The notes: a model not told the origin generated them from the letters alone. 64,000 bases of DNA from Planctomycetota bacterium (GCA_050248855.1 JBFWRP010000007.1:64001-128000), one strand, 5' to 3'. Shown: positions 40,376 to 51,108, counted from the stretch's first letter. Numbers and translations: made by a program.

Positions 40376-43105
40376 TCAGCGTCCGCCGCGGCCACCGAAG
40401 GGCAAGTCGGCCTCGGTGGCCTTCTCCAGGCGGAACTCGACGTCGTTGACGCCGGGGACGGTCTGGTCGTCACGAACGGCCGCCGCCGAGCCGCTGCTGA
40501 ACCCGCGCCAGCCGGCGGCGAACCACACGTAGATCGAATAGCTGCCCGGCGGCACGTTGGTGATCTCGAAGCTGCCGTCCGCCTCGCTGCGCGCGAAGAG
40601 CGCCGGCGCCACGTCGTCGGTGACGGGCTCGGCCGCCGACTCCCCTTCGCCGTCGCGGCCACGTCCCATGACGGGACGCCCGCCGAGGTTCATGCCGACC
40701 ATGGCGCCCTCGACCGGCTTCAGGTCGTCTCCCAGCACGCGGCCGCGGATCGTCTCGCCGCGACGCACGGTCAGCTGGTAGCCGGTACGCACCTGGCCGG
40801 CTTCCATGCGCACGTCGCGCTTGATCAGCGTGACGAAGCCCTCCGCCTCGACCTGGATGACCTGCTGGCCGGTCTGGAGCTCGGTCAAGCGGAAGGTGCC
40901 GTCGTCGGCCGTGACGACGACCTCCGGCTCGAGCTGTCCGCCGATCTCCCAGGCGTTGATGCGGGGGCGACGGGACATGTCGTCGTCGAGCAGGCCGTGG
41001 CGTATGCGCGCCCCGGCGACCCAGCGACCGTCTTCGTCGACGACACGGCCCTCGAGCACGCCCCCGGGCTGCAGGACGACGCGCACCTCGCGCGTGTCGC
41101 CCTCGGCGATGCGCACGCGCTCGCTCTCCGTCTCGACGAAGCCCTCGGCCATCACGGCCGCCTTCCACGCCAGACGCGGCGCGAGGCCGTCGAGGACGAA
41201 GCGCCCCTCCTCGTCGGTCACCGTCAGGTGCGGGTCGAGCTCCTCGCGGAGACGCTCCATGGCCCGGCCGCCGGGACCACGCTGCCGTCCCTCTTCGCCC
41301 TCGGGCGCCTGGCCTCGCGCGAAGACCTTGGCCCCGGCCACGGGCTCGTCCGCGGCGTCCACGACGATGCCGACGAGGCGCCCTGCCCCGGAGAGCGCCA
41401 CGTTGATCTCCCCCTCGTTGCCTTGGTCCGAGATCGTGACGGTCGGCTCCGTCTGGGCGTCGGCGAAGCCCGCCGCGCGCACGGACACGCCGTACGTACC
41501 CGGCATGAGGCCGACGATCTCGTAGCGCCCCTCGGCATCCGTCACGGCGGTCGGCGCGCCGGTCCACATCATGGCGAAGTTGCCGGTGGTCTCGACGGCG
41601 GCACCCACGATGGGCTTGCCGCCCTCGGCTTCGGTCACGCGTCCGACGATGCGGCCCCCGCGCTCGAGCTCGATGTCGTGCTCGAGCGTCTCGCCCGCGA
41701 CGAGGTCCGGCAGGGCGTTGCCCGTGAACATGCTGGCGGCCGAGGCCGTGTACCCGACGGCCTTCACGCTGAGCGTCATGACCGGGCCCGCTTGCACGGG
41801 GTCCAGGACGTACTTGCCCTGCTCGTCGGTGCGTGCGGTTTGCGTGCCCATGGTGGCATCGCTCGCGGCCCCACCGCGCCCGCGACGCCCCCCACCACCC
41901 ATGGCGCCCATCTGGCCCGCCATGACCACGATCTCGGCGTCGGCGACGGGCTTGCCGGTGCCCTTCTCCCGCACGACGCCCTCGATGCGCGCCCCGCGCG
42001 GCAGCACGAAGTCCTTCGTCATGCCCGCTTCGACCGCCACCGCCTGCACTTGCCACTGGGTGGGGTAGCCGTCGGCGATCACGCCGAAGCGGTAGCTCGA
42101 GCCCGGGGCCAGGGTGTCGATGACGTAGCGACCCGCTTCGTCCGTCACGGCATCTTCGCGCTGCACGAAACCGCCGGGGCTGAAGCGACGACCCTCGTCC
42201 CGTACGGCCCGCACGAGGGCCCCGGGAACCGGCTTGCCCTGGTCGTCCTTGACCACGCCCCGGATGTCGGCTCCTCGGCCCAGCACCAGCGTGAGCACGG
42301 TGGCATCGCGGTCCGTGCGGACGAGGACGTTCTCTTCGTAGTCCGTGGAGTAGCCCGACGAACGAGCCGACAGCCGGTACCGCCCGCTGTCGAGCGTGCC
42401 GAACGTGAACATGCCGTTCTCGTCCGTCTGCGTGTCGGCCAGCGGCGTGTCTTCGCCCGCGGCCATGTCGACCATCGCGAAGATCACGCCGCGCTGGAAC
42501 AAGTCGGTGCGCATGGCGTGCACGCTGACGGCGCTCCCGGGCACGGGGCGGCCCGAGGCATCGACCACGCGCCCCGACAGGACGACCTTGTCGCCCAGGT
42601 TCAGGTCGGCCAACTCGGTGATGCGACCGGGCAGCACCTCGACGTTGCGCAGCAACACCTCGGCGAAGCCCTCGCCCTTGACATGCAGCGTGTAGCGGCT
42701 GCCCGGCGGCACGCGCCGGAACAGCACGCGGCCCTGTCCATCCGTGGCCAGGTCCTCGACGTGCACGCCGCGCACGCCGAGCAGGTGCACGGGCTGGTTG
42801 GTGACGGGCGTGCCGTCGGCCAGCCAGAGCAGGCGCACCTGGATGCCGCCCGCCTCCTGGCCCGTCGTGGCGCCGGCCAAGGTGGCGCCGGAGAGCGCGT
42901 CGTCCTCGCCGGTCTCCTGGCCGGATCGGCCGAGCAACGCATCCTCGCGCGCCGTGTCCTCGGTGCCGCCACGCCCGCCGAGCACGCCGTCGAGCAGGCC
43001 GCTGCCCATGGCGAGCCAGACGAGGGCACCGACGGCGGCCACGATGAGGAGCAGGACGGGCAGGGACAGGGCGCCACGGGAGCGGCTCATGGACATCTCC
43101 GGCAT
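40376..43105 (-). CDS. Carboxypeptidase-regulatory-like repeat protein
   Basis: Same repeat units as 37490-40072, with an N-terminal TM segment. Convergent paralog. Confidence 0.85.
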   Translation of the reverse strand: MPEMSMSRSRGALSLPVLLLIVAAVGALVWLAMGSGLLDGVLGGRGGTEDTAREDALLGRSGQETGEDDALSGATLAGATTGQEAGGIQVRLLWLADGTPVTNQPVHLLGVRGVHVEDLATDGQGRVLFRRVPPGSRYTLHVKGEGFAEVLLRNVEVLPGRITELADLNLGDKVVLSGRVVDASGRPVPGSAVSVHAMRTDLFQRGVIFAMVDMAAGEDTPLADTQTDENGMFTFGTLDSGRYRLSARSSGYSTDYEENVLVRTDRDATVLTLVLGRGADIRGVVKDDQGKPVPGALVRAVRDEGRRFSPGGFVQREDAVTDEAGRYVIDTLAPGSSYRFGVIADGYPTQWQVQAVAVEAGMTKDFVLPRGARIEGVVREKGTGKPVADAEIVVMAGQMGAMGGGGRRGRGGAASDATMGTQTARTDEQGKYVLDPVQAGPVMTLSVKAVGYTASAASMFTGNALPDLVAGETLEHDIELERGGRIVGRVTEAEGGKPIVGAAVETTGNFAMMWTGAPTAVTDAEGRYEIVGLMPGTYGVSVRAAGFADAQTEPTVTISDQGNEGEINVALSGAGRLVGIVVDAADEPVAGAKVFARGQAPEGEEGRQRGPGGRAMERLREELDPHLTVTDEEGRFVLDGLAPRLAWKAAVMAEGFVETESERVRIAEGDTREVRVVLQPGGVLEGRVVDEDGRWVAGARIRHGLLDDDMSRRPRINAWEIGGQLEPEVVVTADDGTFRLTELQTGQQVIQVEAEGFVTLIKRDVRMEAGQVRTGYQLTVRRGETIRGRVLGDDLKPVEGAMVGMNLGGRPVMGRGRDGEGESAAEPVTDDVAPALFARSEADGSFEITNVPPGSYSIYVWFAAGWRGFSSGSAAAVRDDQTVPGVNDVEFRLEKATEADLPFGGRGGR

Positions 43106-43184
43106 CGACGGGGACGCGCCCCGGGTCGTGTCTTGTACCGCTCCGCGGCGGGCGCGGCCGTCTCCGCGCGGACGCCCGCCCGGC

Positions 43185-44153
43185 TCAGGTCCGCGCGAGG
43201 ACCAGCCACGCCAGGAACGGCGCGCCCAGGAGGGCCGTCACCACGCCCAACGGCAGGACCTCGGGCGCCACGGCGGTGCGGGCCAGCGCGTCGGCCAGCA
43301 CGAGGAGCCCGGCACCCAGCAAGGCGGACGCCGGCAGCACGCGCCGATGGCTCGTCCCGACCACGCCGCGGGCGAGGTGGGGAACGACGAGTCCCACGAA
43401 GCCGACGAGGCCCGCCACGGCCACCGTGGAGGCGGCCAGGAGACAGGCCGTGCCGCCGAGCCAGGCCAGGGCCCGCGGCACGGCCACGCCCCCGAACCAC
43501 GCGGCCTCGTCGCCCAGGGTCATCACGTCCAGGGCGCGAGCTCGCGACCCGGCGAGCGCGCCCCCCACCACGAACACGCCCGCGACAAAGGCGATGTCCC
43601 CCCACGTGGCCAGCCCCAAGTCGCCGAGCATCCACCGCACCACGACATGCCAGTCGCTCACCGCGGCATGGAGCAGCAGCGTCGCGACGGCGTGCACGAA
43701 CGCCCCCACCGCGATGCCGGCCAGCAGCACGCTCGCCGTCGGCGATCGCACGCTGCGCCGCGCCACGGAGAAGATCAGGGCGCCGACGGCCAGCGCGCCG
43801 AGGAACGCAGCACCCCCCCGCAGGCCGGCGGGAGGCAGCGCCGACACGCCCGTGGCGACGGCCGCCACCGTGACGCCCAACAACGCACCGGGGCCGACGC
43901 CCAGCAAGTACGGTTCGGCCAGGGCGTTGCGCAGCAACGCCTGGAACAGGGCGCCCGCCACGGCCAGCGACGCCCCGACCACCAAGCCGGCTGCGACGCG
44001 CGGCAGCCGCACGGTCTCGACGATGCGATCGCCCTCCCCGCCCGTCAGCGAGGCGAGCACGTCGCCAGGCGACACGAACACCGGGCCGACGCCCACGCCG
44101 AGTACCGCGGCGGCGACCACGAAGCTGCCGAGCAGGAGGAAGCGCAGCTTCAC
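43185..44153 (-). CDS. FecCD/BtuC-family ABC transporter permease
   Basis: VRLPR, QALLRNALAEPYLLGV, LGDEAA..GV, GFVGLVVPH, LPLGVVTALLGAPF. GTGA overlap. Confidence 0.92.
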   Translation of the reverse strand: MKLRFLLLGSFVVAAAVLGVGVGPVFVSPGDVLASLTGGEGDRIVETVRLPRVAAGLVVGASLAVAGALFQALLRNALAEPYLLGVGPGALLGVTVAAVATGVSALPPAGLRGGAAFLGALAVGALIFSVARRSVRSPTASVLLAGIAVGAFVHAVATLLLHAAVSDWHVVVRWMLGDLGLATWGDIAFVAGVFVVGGALAGSRARALDVMTLGDEAAWFGGVAVPRALAWLGGTACLLAASTVAVAGLVGFVGLVVPHLARGVVGTSHRRVLPASALLGAGLLVLADALARTAVAPEVLPLGVVTALLGAPFLAWLVLART

Positions 44154-45142
44154 CGCGCTTCGTCCTCGGCAGGCTCGTCGGCCCCGAGGCCGAGCATGCG
44201 CCGGGCCAGCAAGGCGGTGGCCTCGAGGATGCGCGGGCCCCCCCGCGCGAAGGCATCGACACCGACGACGGGCAGGACGCGCCCTTCGCGCAAGGCCGGC
44301 GACCCCGCAAGCAGCGTCTCCAGGCGTCGCGGCATCGGGCCGCTCGGCCCGAGGACCCAGTCCGGGCTGCGCTCCACGGCCAGCTCGTCGCTGAACACGC
44401 CCGACGCGTCGCTCGGGAGGTCGCACGCCACGTTGACGGCGCCGAGCGTGGCCAGCACGTCGTCGAGCAGCGATCCCGGTCCCAGCGCGAACAGGGGCTC
44501 CCACTGGCCGACGAGCAGCACACGCGGCGCCGGGGTTCGCCAGTGCGCCGCCGCGGCCTGCTGCAGCTCGACACGGCGCACGTTCCAGGCGCGGGCGGCC
44601 TCGCGCGCCCGCTCGTCGTCGAGCACTTCGGCCAGCAACGAGAAGCTGGCCCCGAGCTGGCCCAGCGAACGGCTCGTCTCGAGCAGCAGGACGTGTGGCA
44701 CGTGGCGCAGGATGGCATCCAGGTCCTGGCGATGCAGCCGGCGGTCCAGGATCACGAGGTCAGGCTCGAGCGCCAGGAGCTCCTCCGCAGACAGCGGCTG
44801 CACGGAGACCACGGGCAGCACCGCCACGGTGGAGGGCGTGTCGCACCAGGTCGAGCGACCCACCAGCCGATCGAGCGCGCCCAGGTGGGCCAGCATCTCG
44901 GTGAGGCCCGGGAGCGTGCTCACGATGCGCTGCGGGGCCAAGCGCACGTCGAGGTCCAGCCCATCGCGGTAATGCACCGTGGCCGCCAACGCCGTACGCC
45001 GCTCGACGTGGGCGAAGGCCACGGAGTCGCCCGGCGTCCGCGGGGCGGCCAGACAGCGTCCCCCGGGGGCCCGCCCGATCAGCGCCGTCACCACCACGGC
45101 AAGACCGATCACGACCAGGGCGACAGGCACGAGGCGATGCAT
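44150..45142 (-). CDS. BtuF-like periplasmic binding protein (cobalamin/iron chelate)
   Basis: PQRIVSTLPGLTEML..LG..LVGRSTWCD.P, EELLALEPDLV, RGGPRI. Confidence 0.88.
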   Translation of the reverse strand: MHRLVPVALVVIGLAVVVTALIGRAPGGRCLAAPRTPGDSVAFAHVERRTALAATVHYRDGLDLDVRLAPQRIVSTLPGLTEMLAHLGALDRLVGRSTWCDTPSTVAVLPVVSVQPLSAEELLALEPDLVILDRRLHRQDLDAILRHVPHVLLLETSRSLGQLGASFSLLAEVLDDERAREAARAWNVRRVELQQAAAAHWRTPAPRVLLVGQWEPLFALGPGSLLDDVLATLGAVNVACDLPSDASGVFSDELAVERSPDWVLGPSGPMPRRLETLLAGSPALREGRVLPVVGVDAFARGGPRILEATALLARRMLGLGADEPAEDEAR

Positions 45143-45936
45143 CAGCGCGGGCCTCCGCGCGCCACGAGCAGGCGCGGGCGTTCGCCCGGCGACACGACGA
45201 CTTCCACGAGGGGGACACCGAGCCAGCCCTCGAGACGGTCGGCCGCGAGGACGTCGGCGGCGGGCCCGTCGGCCACGACGCGACCGCCCGCCAGCACCAG
45301 GACGCGATGGGCCCACGCCGCGGCCAAGTCCAGGTCGTGCATCACGGCGACGACGGCCCGACCGCGTTGGTCGCTCTCTTCGGCGAGCACGCGCGCGAGC
45401 TCCTCGCGCCGCGCCAGGTCCAGGTGTGCGGTGGCTTCGTCGACGAGCAGCACGGCCGCATCCTGGGCCAGGGCGCGGGCGAGCGTCACGCGTTGCCGCT
45501 CGCCCGAGCTGAGCGTGGTGATGACGCGGTCCGCGAACGGGTCCAGCCCCGTGCGCGCGAGGGCCCGTGCGACCTGCTCGTCGTCCTCGGCGCGCGTGGC
45601 GCCCAGCCGTCCGCCCCAGGGGTGGCGCCCCAAAGCCACGACGTCGCGCACCCTCGCGGCGAACGGGGCCTCCTCCTCGGCCAGGACGGCGGCGATGCGG
45701 CGGGCCGCGGCGCGGCGCCCGACCCGTGCCAGCGGCACGCCGTCCAGGCGCACCTCGCCGGCCTCGGGCCGCGTCCAGCCCCCGGCCACGCGCAGCCACG
45801 TGGTCTTGCCCGCGCCGTTGGCCCCGAGCAGCGCGATGCGCTCGCCCGCGCGCACGCTGCCCCGCTCGACGCTCAAGCGCGGCCTCTCCACGGGGCCGAC
45901 GCGCACGCCCTCGAGCTCGAGCAGCGGCGCGCTCAC
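45142..45936 (-). CDS. BtuD/FecE-family ABC transporter ATPase
   Basis: GANGAGKTT, LSSGERQRV, LLVDEATAHLD, HDLDLA. Confidence 0.93.
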   Translation of the reverse strand: MSAPLLELEGVRVGPVERPRLSVERGSVRAGERIALLGANGAGKTTWLRVAGGWTRPEAGEVRLDGVPLARVGRRAAARRIAAVLAEEEAPFAARVRDVVALGRHPWGGRLGATRAEDDEQVARALARTGLDPFADRVITTLSSGERQRVTLARALAQDAAVLLVDEATAHLDLARREELARVLAEESDQRGRAVVAVMHDLDLAAAWAHRVLVLAGGRVVADGPAADVLAADRLEGWLGVPLVEVVVSPGERPRLLVARGGPR

Positions 45937-46490
45937 GAGAGCCACCGCGGCCAGCGGCCGGCGACTTTGGCGTCCAAGCCCAGCACGCGGCCGGCTGCCA
46001 AGAAGGCTGCCGCGACCAGCAACACCACGAGCAGCCAGTTCGAGGTGTTGGGCGTGAAGATCCACGCGGCCTTGGCCAAGCCGAACACGGTCATCAACAG
46101 CGCCGCCAGCACGGCCACCAGTCGCGTGCCGAGGCCCAGGACCAAGAGCGCACCGAGCAGCAGCTCGGCCGCCAGCAGACTGCCGCAGACGAACCGCTCC
46201 CAGGAGGGCGTCCCCAGGGCGACGTCCTGCACGAACGAGGCGAACCCGTGCCACGGCACGCCGAAGATCCTGGGCGGGTCGAGCACCGCGTCCTCCACGA
46301 GCCGGTGGAAGTCGACGGTGCGGAAGTTCTCGATGTGCCCGCCGAGCGACGTGTCGGGGAGAAACGTGAGCTTGTAGATCGCTGAATCGAGCAACACGGC
46401 GCCCGGGAACACGCGGATCAGCACGAGCGCCAAGCGCTGCAGGAACGGATGCGGAGGCGGGGGACCCTTCCGCCGTGAGCGCGCGGCCAC
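45933..46490 (-). CDS. DoxX-family membrane protein
   Basis: 'AELLLGALLVLGLGTRLVA' and 'AGRVLGLD'; four TM segments. Confidence 0.75.
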   Translation of the reverse strand: MAARSRRKGPPPPHPFLQRLALVLIRVFPGAVLLDSAIYKLTFLPDTSLGGHIENFRTVDFHRLVEDAVLDPPRIFGVPWHGFASFVQDVALGTPSWERFVCGSLLAAELLLGALLVLGLGTRLVAVLAALLMTVFGLAKAAWIFTPNTSNWLLVVLLVAAAFLAAGRVLGLDAKVAGRWPRWLS

Positions 46491-46502
46491 GTCAGCTCCG
46501 CC

Positions 46503-46886
46503 TCACCGCAACGCCTCGGGCGCCGGCTCGTCGGACGGCGGCCGAAGCAGCGGCCCACCGTAGTCCTTGCGCGCCAGGATCCCGTTCGCGTCGAACCACA
46601 GCACCAGCGGCCGGTTGTCGCCCGCCGGGTCCTTGACCCAGTAGGCCAGCCGGCGAACGCGGCCCGTCCGCGGGTCGCGCTCGACCTCGCGAACATCGGG
46701 GTGCTCACGCAACAACCACTCGCCGTCCACGCCCGGGTTCAGCGCCTGCATCGTGGCAAACGAAAGGCCCTCGTCGGTCGGCCCGGCGAACGAACCGCAG
46801 GCGGCCACGACGGGCAAGGCCAACAAGGCGGCCAGGAAGCGGACGGCGCGGCGCGGGCGGGCAGGTCGCATCGGCTGATCGTACAT
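46503..46886 (-). CDS. Putative lipoprotein
   Basis: Lipobox VAAC after a basic/hydrophobic signal; 'LVLWFDANGIL' resembles SmpA/BamE-like folds. Confidence 0.6.
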   Translation of the reverse strand: MYDQPMRPARPRRAVRFLAALLALPVVAACGSFAGPTDEGLSFATMQALNPGVDGEWLLREHPDVREVERDPRTGRVRRLAYWVKDPAGDNRPLVLWFDANGILARKDYGGPLLRPPSDEPAPEALR

Positions 46887-46903
46887 GCCGGTATCCTCGG
46901 GCG

Positions 46904-49024
46904 ATGCACGCCGACGGCGCGGCCCCCCTCGCGGGCGCACCCAACCAGTTCCGCGGGCTGACGCTGTTCCCGTTCCAGCAGCGCGCCCTCCAGGCGATCT
47001 TCGACGGTCATAGCGTGGTCGTGGCCGCGCCGACCGGCGCGGGCAAGACCCTGGTCGCGGACTACGCCATCGAGCGCGCGCTCGGCGCGGGTCGCCGCGT
47101 GGTCTACACGTCCCCGATCAAGGCCCTGAGCAACCAGAAGTTCCGTGACTTCCGCGAGGCCTACGGCGACGGCCGCGTCGGCCTCATGACGGGCGACGTG
47201 ACGATGCAGCCCGACGCGGCGCTGCTCATCATGACGACGGAGATCTTCCGCAACACGCTGTTCGAGGACCCGGCGCGGCTGGACGGGTTCGACTTCGTGA
47301 TCTTCGACGAGGTCCACTACCTGGACGACCGCGAGCGGGGCACGGTCTGGGAGGAAGCGATCATCTTCGCCCCCGACCACCTGCGGATCGTGGCGCTCTC
47401 GGCCACGATCCCCAACGTCGAGGCCCTCGCCGCGTGGATCGCCCGCGTGCGCGGCCACCACGTCGACGTCATCGTCGAAGAGGCGCGCCCGGTGCCCCTG
47501 GTGCACAAGCTCTGGGTGCCCGCCAAGGGCCCCCGCGCCCTGGACGAGGTCCGCAGGCACTACCGGGCCATCGGCCGCATCACGCCGGACGGACGCGCCG
47601 TGCGGGCGCGCGGTGGGCGCGGTGGCGGCCGCGGGCGGTCGCGGGCCCTGCAGGCACGGATCATGGACGAGGCCGGTGATGCCCTCGGCGACTACCTGGA
47701 GGAGCGCGACCTCCTGCCGGCCATCTGGTTCTGCTTCAGCCGCCGCGAGTGCGAGGGGCTGGCCCGTCATCACGCCGCGCGCCGCGAGCTGCTGAAGGGC
47801 GAGGACCGGCGGCGCATGCTGGACGCGTTCGACGACTTGGCCAGGCGCTACGAGTGCCAGGACTCTCCCTCCACGCGGGAGCTGCGCGGCTTGGCAGGAC
47901 GCGGCGTGCTGTTCCACCATGCGGGCATGCTGCCGATCGACAAGGAGATCGTGGAGCGGCTGTTCACCAGTGGCCGCGTGCAGCTGCTCTTCGCCACGGA
48001 GACCTTCGCGCTGGGCGTGAACATGCCCGCGCGCTCGGTCTGCTTCCAGTCGCTGCTCAAGTACGACGGGATCGCGTTCGGACCGCTCTTGGCGCGGCAG
48101 TACTGGCAGATGGCCGGCCGCGCCGGGCGGCAGGGCCTGGACGACCGCGGCCACGTGTTCGCCCTCCTCGATGACGGCGAAGTGGACTACGCCGTGCTCG
48201 AGCGGCTGCTCGACGGACGGACCGAGCCCGTGCGCAGCCGCTTCAACCTGAACTACGCCGCGATCTTGAGCCTCTACGGACGCATGGGCGACCGGGTGAT
48301 CGAAGCCTGGGAGCGCTCCTTCGCCCACGACCAGCAACGGCGCTGGGCAGCGGCTCGGCACGAGGGGAAGCCGCGCGACAAGCGCCGGAAGGGACGCAAG
48401 CACGAGGACCCGCTGGCGGCGGGGCCGCCCAAGCCGGCACGCGGGGGCGGCGCACGCCTCATCCGCTCGCGTCTCGACGTGCTCCGGGCGGCGCGCTACC
48501 TCGAAGACGGCGGTCTCACGCGCAAGGGCCGCCTCTGCGAACAGGTCAACGGCTACGAGATCGCCGTCACCGAGGCCATCGAGGGCGGGTTCCTCTTCCG
48601 CTGCGACGCCGTCCAGGCCGCGGTGCTCTTCGCCGCCATGGTCTACGAGTCACGTCCGTCGGATGCGTCGGCGCGCCCGGGGGTGGACTTGCGTGGGATC
48701 CGCGTGCCGTTCGAGGAGCGCATGGCCGCGTTCGCCACGCTCGAGGCCGACCACGGCATCCGTCACCCCACCCGGGGGCCGGACTTCGGGCTGGCGGCGC
48801 CAGTCGAGCGCTGGGCCCAGGGCGGCACGCTGGACGAGATGCTCGACCGCACGACGCTCGCCGCAGGCGACCTGGTGCGCGTGCTGCGGATGACGATCCA
48901 GCTGCTGCGCCAGGCCGCGCACGCGCTGCCGGCGGGCGACCCCAGCATCGGGGTCCTCCACGAGGCGCGCGCCCGCTTGGACCGCGACGTCGTCGATGCA
49001 CGTCGGCAGCTGGAGCTGGGGTAG
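46904..49024 (+). CDS. Ski2-like (HelY) DEVH-box RNA helicase
   Basis: APTGAGKT, PIKALSNQK, DEVHY, LSAT, HHAGMLP, ATETFALGVNMPA, QMAGRAGR and a DSHCT-like C-terminus. Confidence 0.93.
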   Translation: MHADGAAPLAGAPNQFRGLTLFPFQQRALQAIFDGHSVVVAAPTGAGKTLVADYAIERALGAGRRVVYTSPIKALSNQKFRDFREAYGDGRVGLMTGDVTMQPDAALLIMTTEIFRNTLFEDPARLDGFDFVIFDEVHYLDDRERGTVWEEAIIFAPDHLRIVALSATIPNVEALAAWIARVRGHHVDVIVEEARPVPLVHKLWVPAKGPRALDEVRRHYRAIGRITPDGRAVRARGGRGGGRGRSRALQARIMDEAGDALGDYLEERDLLPAIWFCFSRRECEGLARHHAARRELLKGEDRRRMLDAFDDLARRYECQDSPSTRELRGLAGRGVLFHHAGMLPIDKEIVERLFTSGRVQLLFATETFALGVNMPARSVCFQSLLKYDGIAFGPLLARQYWQMAGRAGRQGLDDRGHVFALLDDGEVDYAVLERLLDGRTEPVRSRFNLNYAAILSLYGRMGDRVIEAWERSFAHDQQRRWAAARHEGKPRDKRRKGRKHEDPLAAGPPKPARGGGARLIRSRLDVLRAARYLEDGGLTRKGRLCEQVNGYEIAVTEAIEGGFLFRCDAVQAAVLFAAMVYESRPSDASARPGVDLRGIRVPFEERMAAFATLEADHGIRHPTRGPDFGLAAPVERWAQGGTLDEMLDRTTLAAGDLVRVLRMTIQLLRQAAHALPAGDPSIGVLHEARARLDRDVVDARRQLELG

Positions 49025-49053
49025 CCCCGGGGCGTTCCGCGTAGGATGCCGCG

Positions 49054-51084
49054 ATGAGCCCTGATCCCGCTCGTCGTCGCCCTGGTGGTCCCGCCTCCAC
49101 GCCTGCGTCCACGGGGGCCCGGCCCGCCCCCGTCAAGGCCAAGGCCGTCGCCGATCCGTGGATCGGCAAGGTCATCGCCCGCTGCAAGGTCCTCGAGCAG
49201 GTCGGCCTGGGCCGCACGGCGGTCGTGTACCGCGCCCACCACGAGGCGCTGCACCAAGACGTCGCCATCAAGGTGTTGCTGCCCGAGGCCGCGGCCAACG
49301 CCGAGCTCGTCGACCGCTTCCGGCGCGAGGGCCGCTGGATCGCCCAGATCGACAACGAGAACGTGCTCAAGATCCAGGACGTCGGCGTCGAGGAAGGGCG
49401 CCCGTTCATGGTCGTCGAGCTGCTCGAGGGCGAGGAGATCTACGACCTCGTGCAGCGCGAAGGGGCGCTCGACCTCACCGACGCCATGCGCATCCTGCGT
49501 CAGGCGGCTGCGGGCTTGGCCGGCATCCACGCTCGTGACGTGGTGCACCGCGACATCAAGCCGCAGAACCTCTTCCTCCTCGAAGACGGCACCGTCAAGG
49601 TCGTCGACTTCGGTCTTGCGGCCGAGGTGCCGGCGTCCAAGGAGCGCGTGGGCACGCCGCACTTCATGGCACCCGAGACGTGCTCGGACGGCACGTCCGG
49701 GCCTGCCAGCGACGTCTACAGCCTGGGCATCTCGCTCTACATGCTCCTGACGGGCACGGCTCCCTACGCGGGCAAGTCGGTACGCGAGCTCATGCAGGCG
49801 CACATCGACGCCGTGCCCTTGCGACCCGAGCGGCAGCGCCGCGACCTGCCTGCCCCCCTGGCCGACCTGCTGCGCGAGATGACGGCCAAGGACCCGGCCG
49901 CCCGCCCCACGGCGCAGGAGGTCGTGCGGCGGCTGGACGAGCTGGGCGGCGCGGCACTGCAGGAGAAGGGCACGCTGAAGGGGCGCCGCGGCCGTCGCAC
50001 GTCCCGCTCGCGCGCGGCCGTGAAGCGGCGCGAGCGGCAAGCAGCCAAGCAGGGCTCGGGCTCCCAGGTCGTCGTGATCGCCGTGATCGTGGCGGCGGTC
50101 GTGGGCGGCATCGCGTTCCTCGCCAAGGGAGGCGGCGACGAGGGCGAGCCGGGCGGCGCGTCCTCGGGCACCTCGTCCTCCTCCTCGACCTCGTCGACCG
50201 GCTCGAGCGGCACCCCGGGCACGACGCCCGGCTTCACGTCGACCGTCGAGGACCCGGCCGTGACGCGTGCGCGGGAGGAACGCGAGCGGGAGATCCGCGA
50301 GCGTGAAGCGGCCGTGGCCCTCGAGAAGGAGGCCGCCGACGCACTCACGCGTGCCGAGCAGTTCGCGCGTGACACGTGGCACGGACCGGCCGACACCCAG
50401 GTTGTGGTGGACCGCTTCCGCAAGGTGGCTCGCGATCACAAGGACACGGTGGCCGGCGCCAAGGCGAAGGAGCGCGCCCAGGGCATCGAAGCCGGCGAGG
50501 TCCACCCGCACCCGGATCGGACGTGGACGAGTGTCGACCAAGTCGCGGAGGTGCGCGCCGCGTGGCCCGAGAAGCGCGCCGAGCTCGCCGCCATGCTGGA
50601 GGAGGGCAAGTTCCGCGATGCACTCGCCGCGCTCCCGCCCGAGGTGCATGACGCGGCCGGCACGCTCGCTGCCGACGTGCGGTTCTGGCGCGACCACGTT
50701 CGTCGCCTCGTCTCGCTGCGCCGCCGCTTGGTCGACGCGGTCAACCGTCGTCATGGGACGGCCGAGCCGCTGACCTTCGAGGCGGATGGCGACGAGCTGA
50801 TCCTCGTCAAGATGCAGGAGGAAGGCGTGGACGTGCGCCGCGGGCTCAAGGCCGAACGGCTGCCGTGGTCCGCCGTCCCGGCCGCGGCGGTCCAGGACTG
50901 GGCGGTCGAGCTCCTCAACCAACAGGACGCCGAGGTGCTGCTCGAGGAGATGGCGTTTGCCCTGGTGCACCGCCTGGAGGATGCGTTCTGGTCGCGCGAG
51001 CTGGACCTCGGCTCCCACGACCGCGGCAACGACCTCGCCGCGATCCGCAAGAGCTACCGCGAGGCCTACGAGAAGGGCCAGTAG
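49054..51084 (+). CDS. Transmembrane Ser/Thr protein kinase
   Basis: VAIK, HRDIKPQN, DFGLA, GTPHFMAPE, SDVYSLG. TM segment VVVIAVIVAAVVGGIAFL, then a Ser/Thr linker. Confidence 0.92.
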   Translation: MSPDPARRRPGGPASTPASTGARPAPVKAKAVADPWIGKVIARCKVLEQVGLGRTAVVYRAHHEALHQDVAIKVLLPEAAANAELVDRFRREGRWIAQIDNENVLKIQDVGVEEGRPFMVVELLEGEEIYDLVQREGALDLTDAMRILRQAAAGLAGIHARDVVHRDIKPQNLFLLEDGTVKVVDFGLAAEVPASKERVGTPHFMAPETCSDGTSGPASDVYSLGISLYMLLTGTAPYAGKSVRELMQAHIDAVPLRPERQRRDLPAPLADLLREMTAKDPAARPTAQEVVRRLDELGGAALQEKGTLKGRRGRRTSRSRAAVKRRERQAAKQGSGSQVVVIAVIVAAVVGGIAFLAKGGGDEGEPGGASSGTSSSSSTSSTGSSGTPGTTPGFTSTVEDPAVTRAREEREREIREREAAVALEKEAADALTRAEQFARDTWHGPADTQVVVDRFRKVARDHKDTVAGAKAKERAQGIEAGEVHPHPDRTWTSVDQVAEVRAAWPEKRAELAAMLEEGKFRDALAALPPEVHDAAGTLAADVRFWRDHVRRLVSLRRRLVDAVNRRHGTAEPLTFEADGDELILVKMQEEGVDVRRGLKAERLPWSAVPAAAVQDWAVELLNQQDAEVLLEEMAFALVHRLEDAFWSRELDLGSHDRGNDLAAIRKSYREAYEKGQ

Positions 51085-51108
51085 GCCGCGCGAAGGACAT
51101 GCCCTACC

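Noticed and set aside
46491..46903. Cobalamin riboswitch ahead of the Btu-like operon
   Set aside because: The region is occupied by a lipoprotein ORF and no B12-box was recognised.
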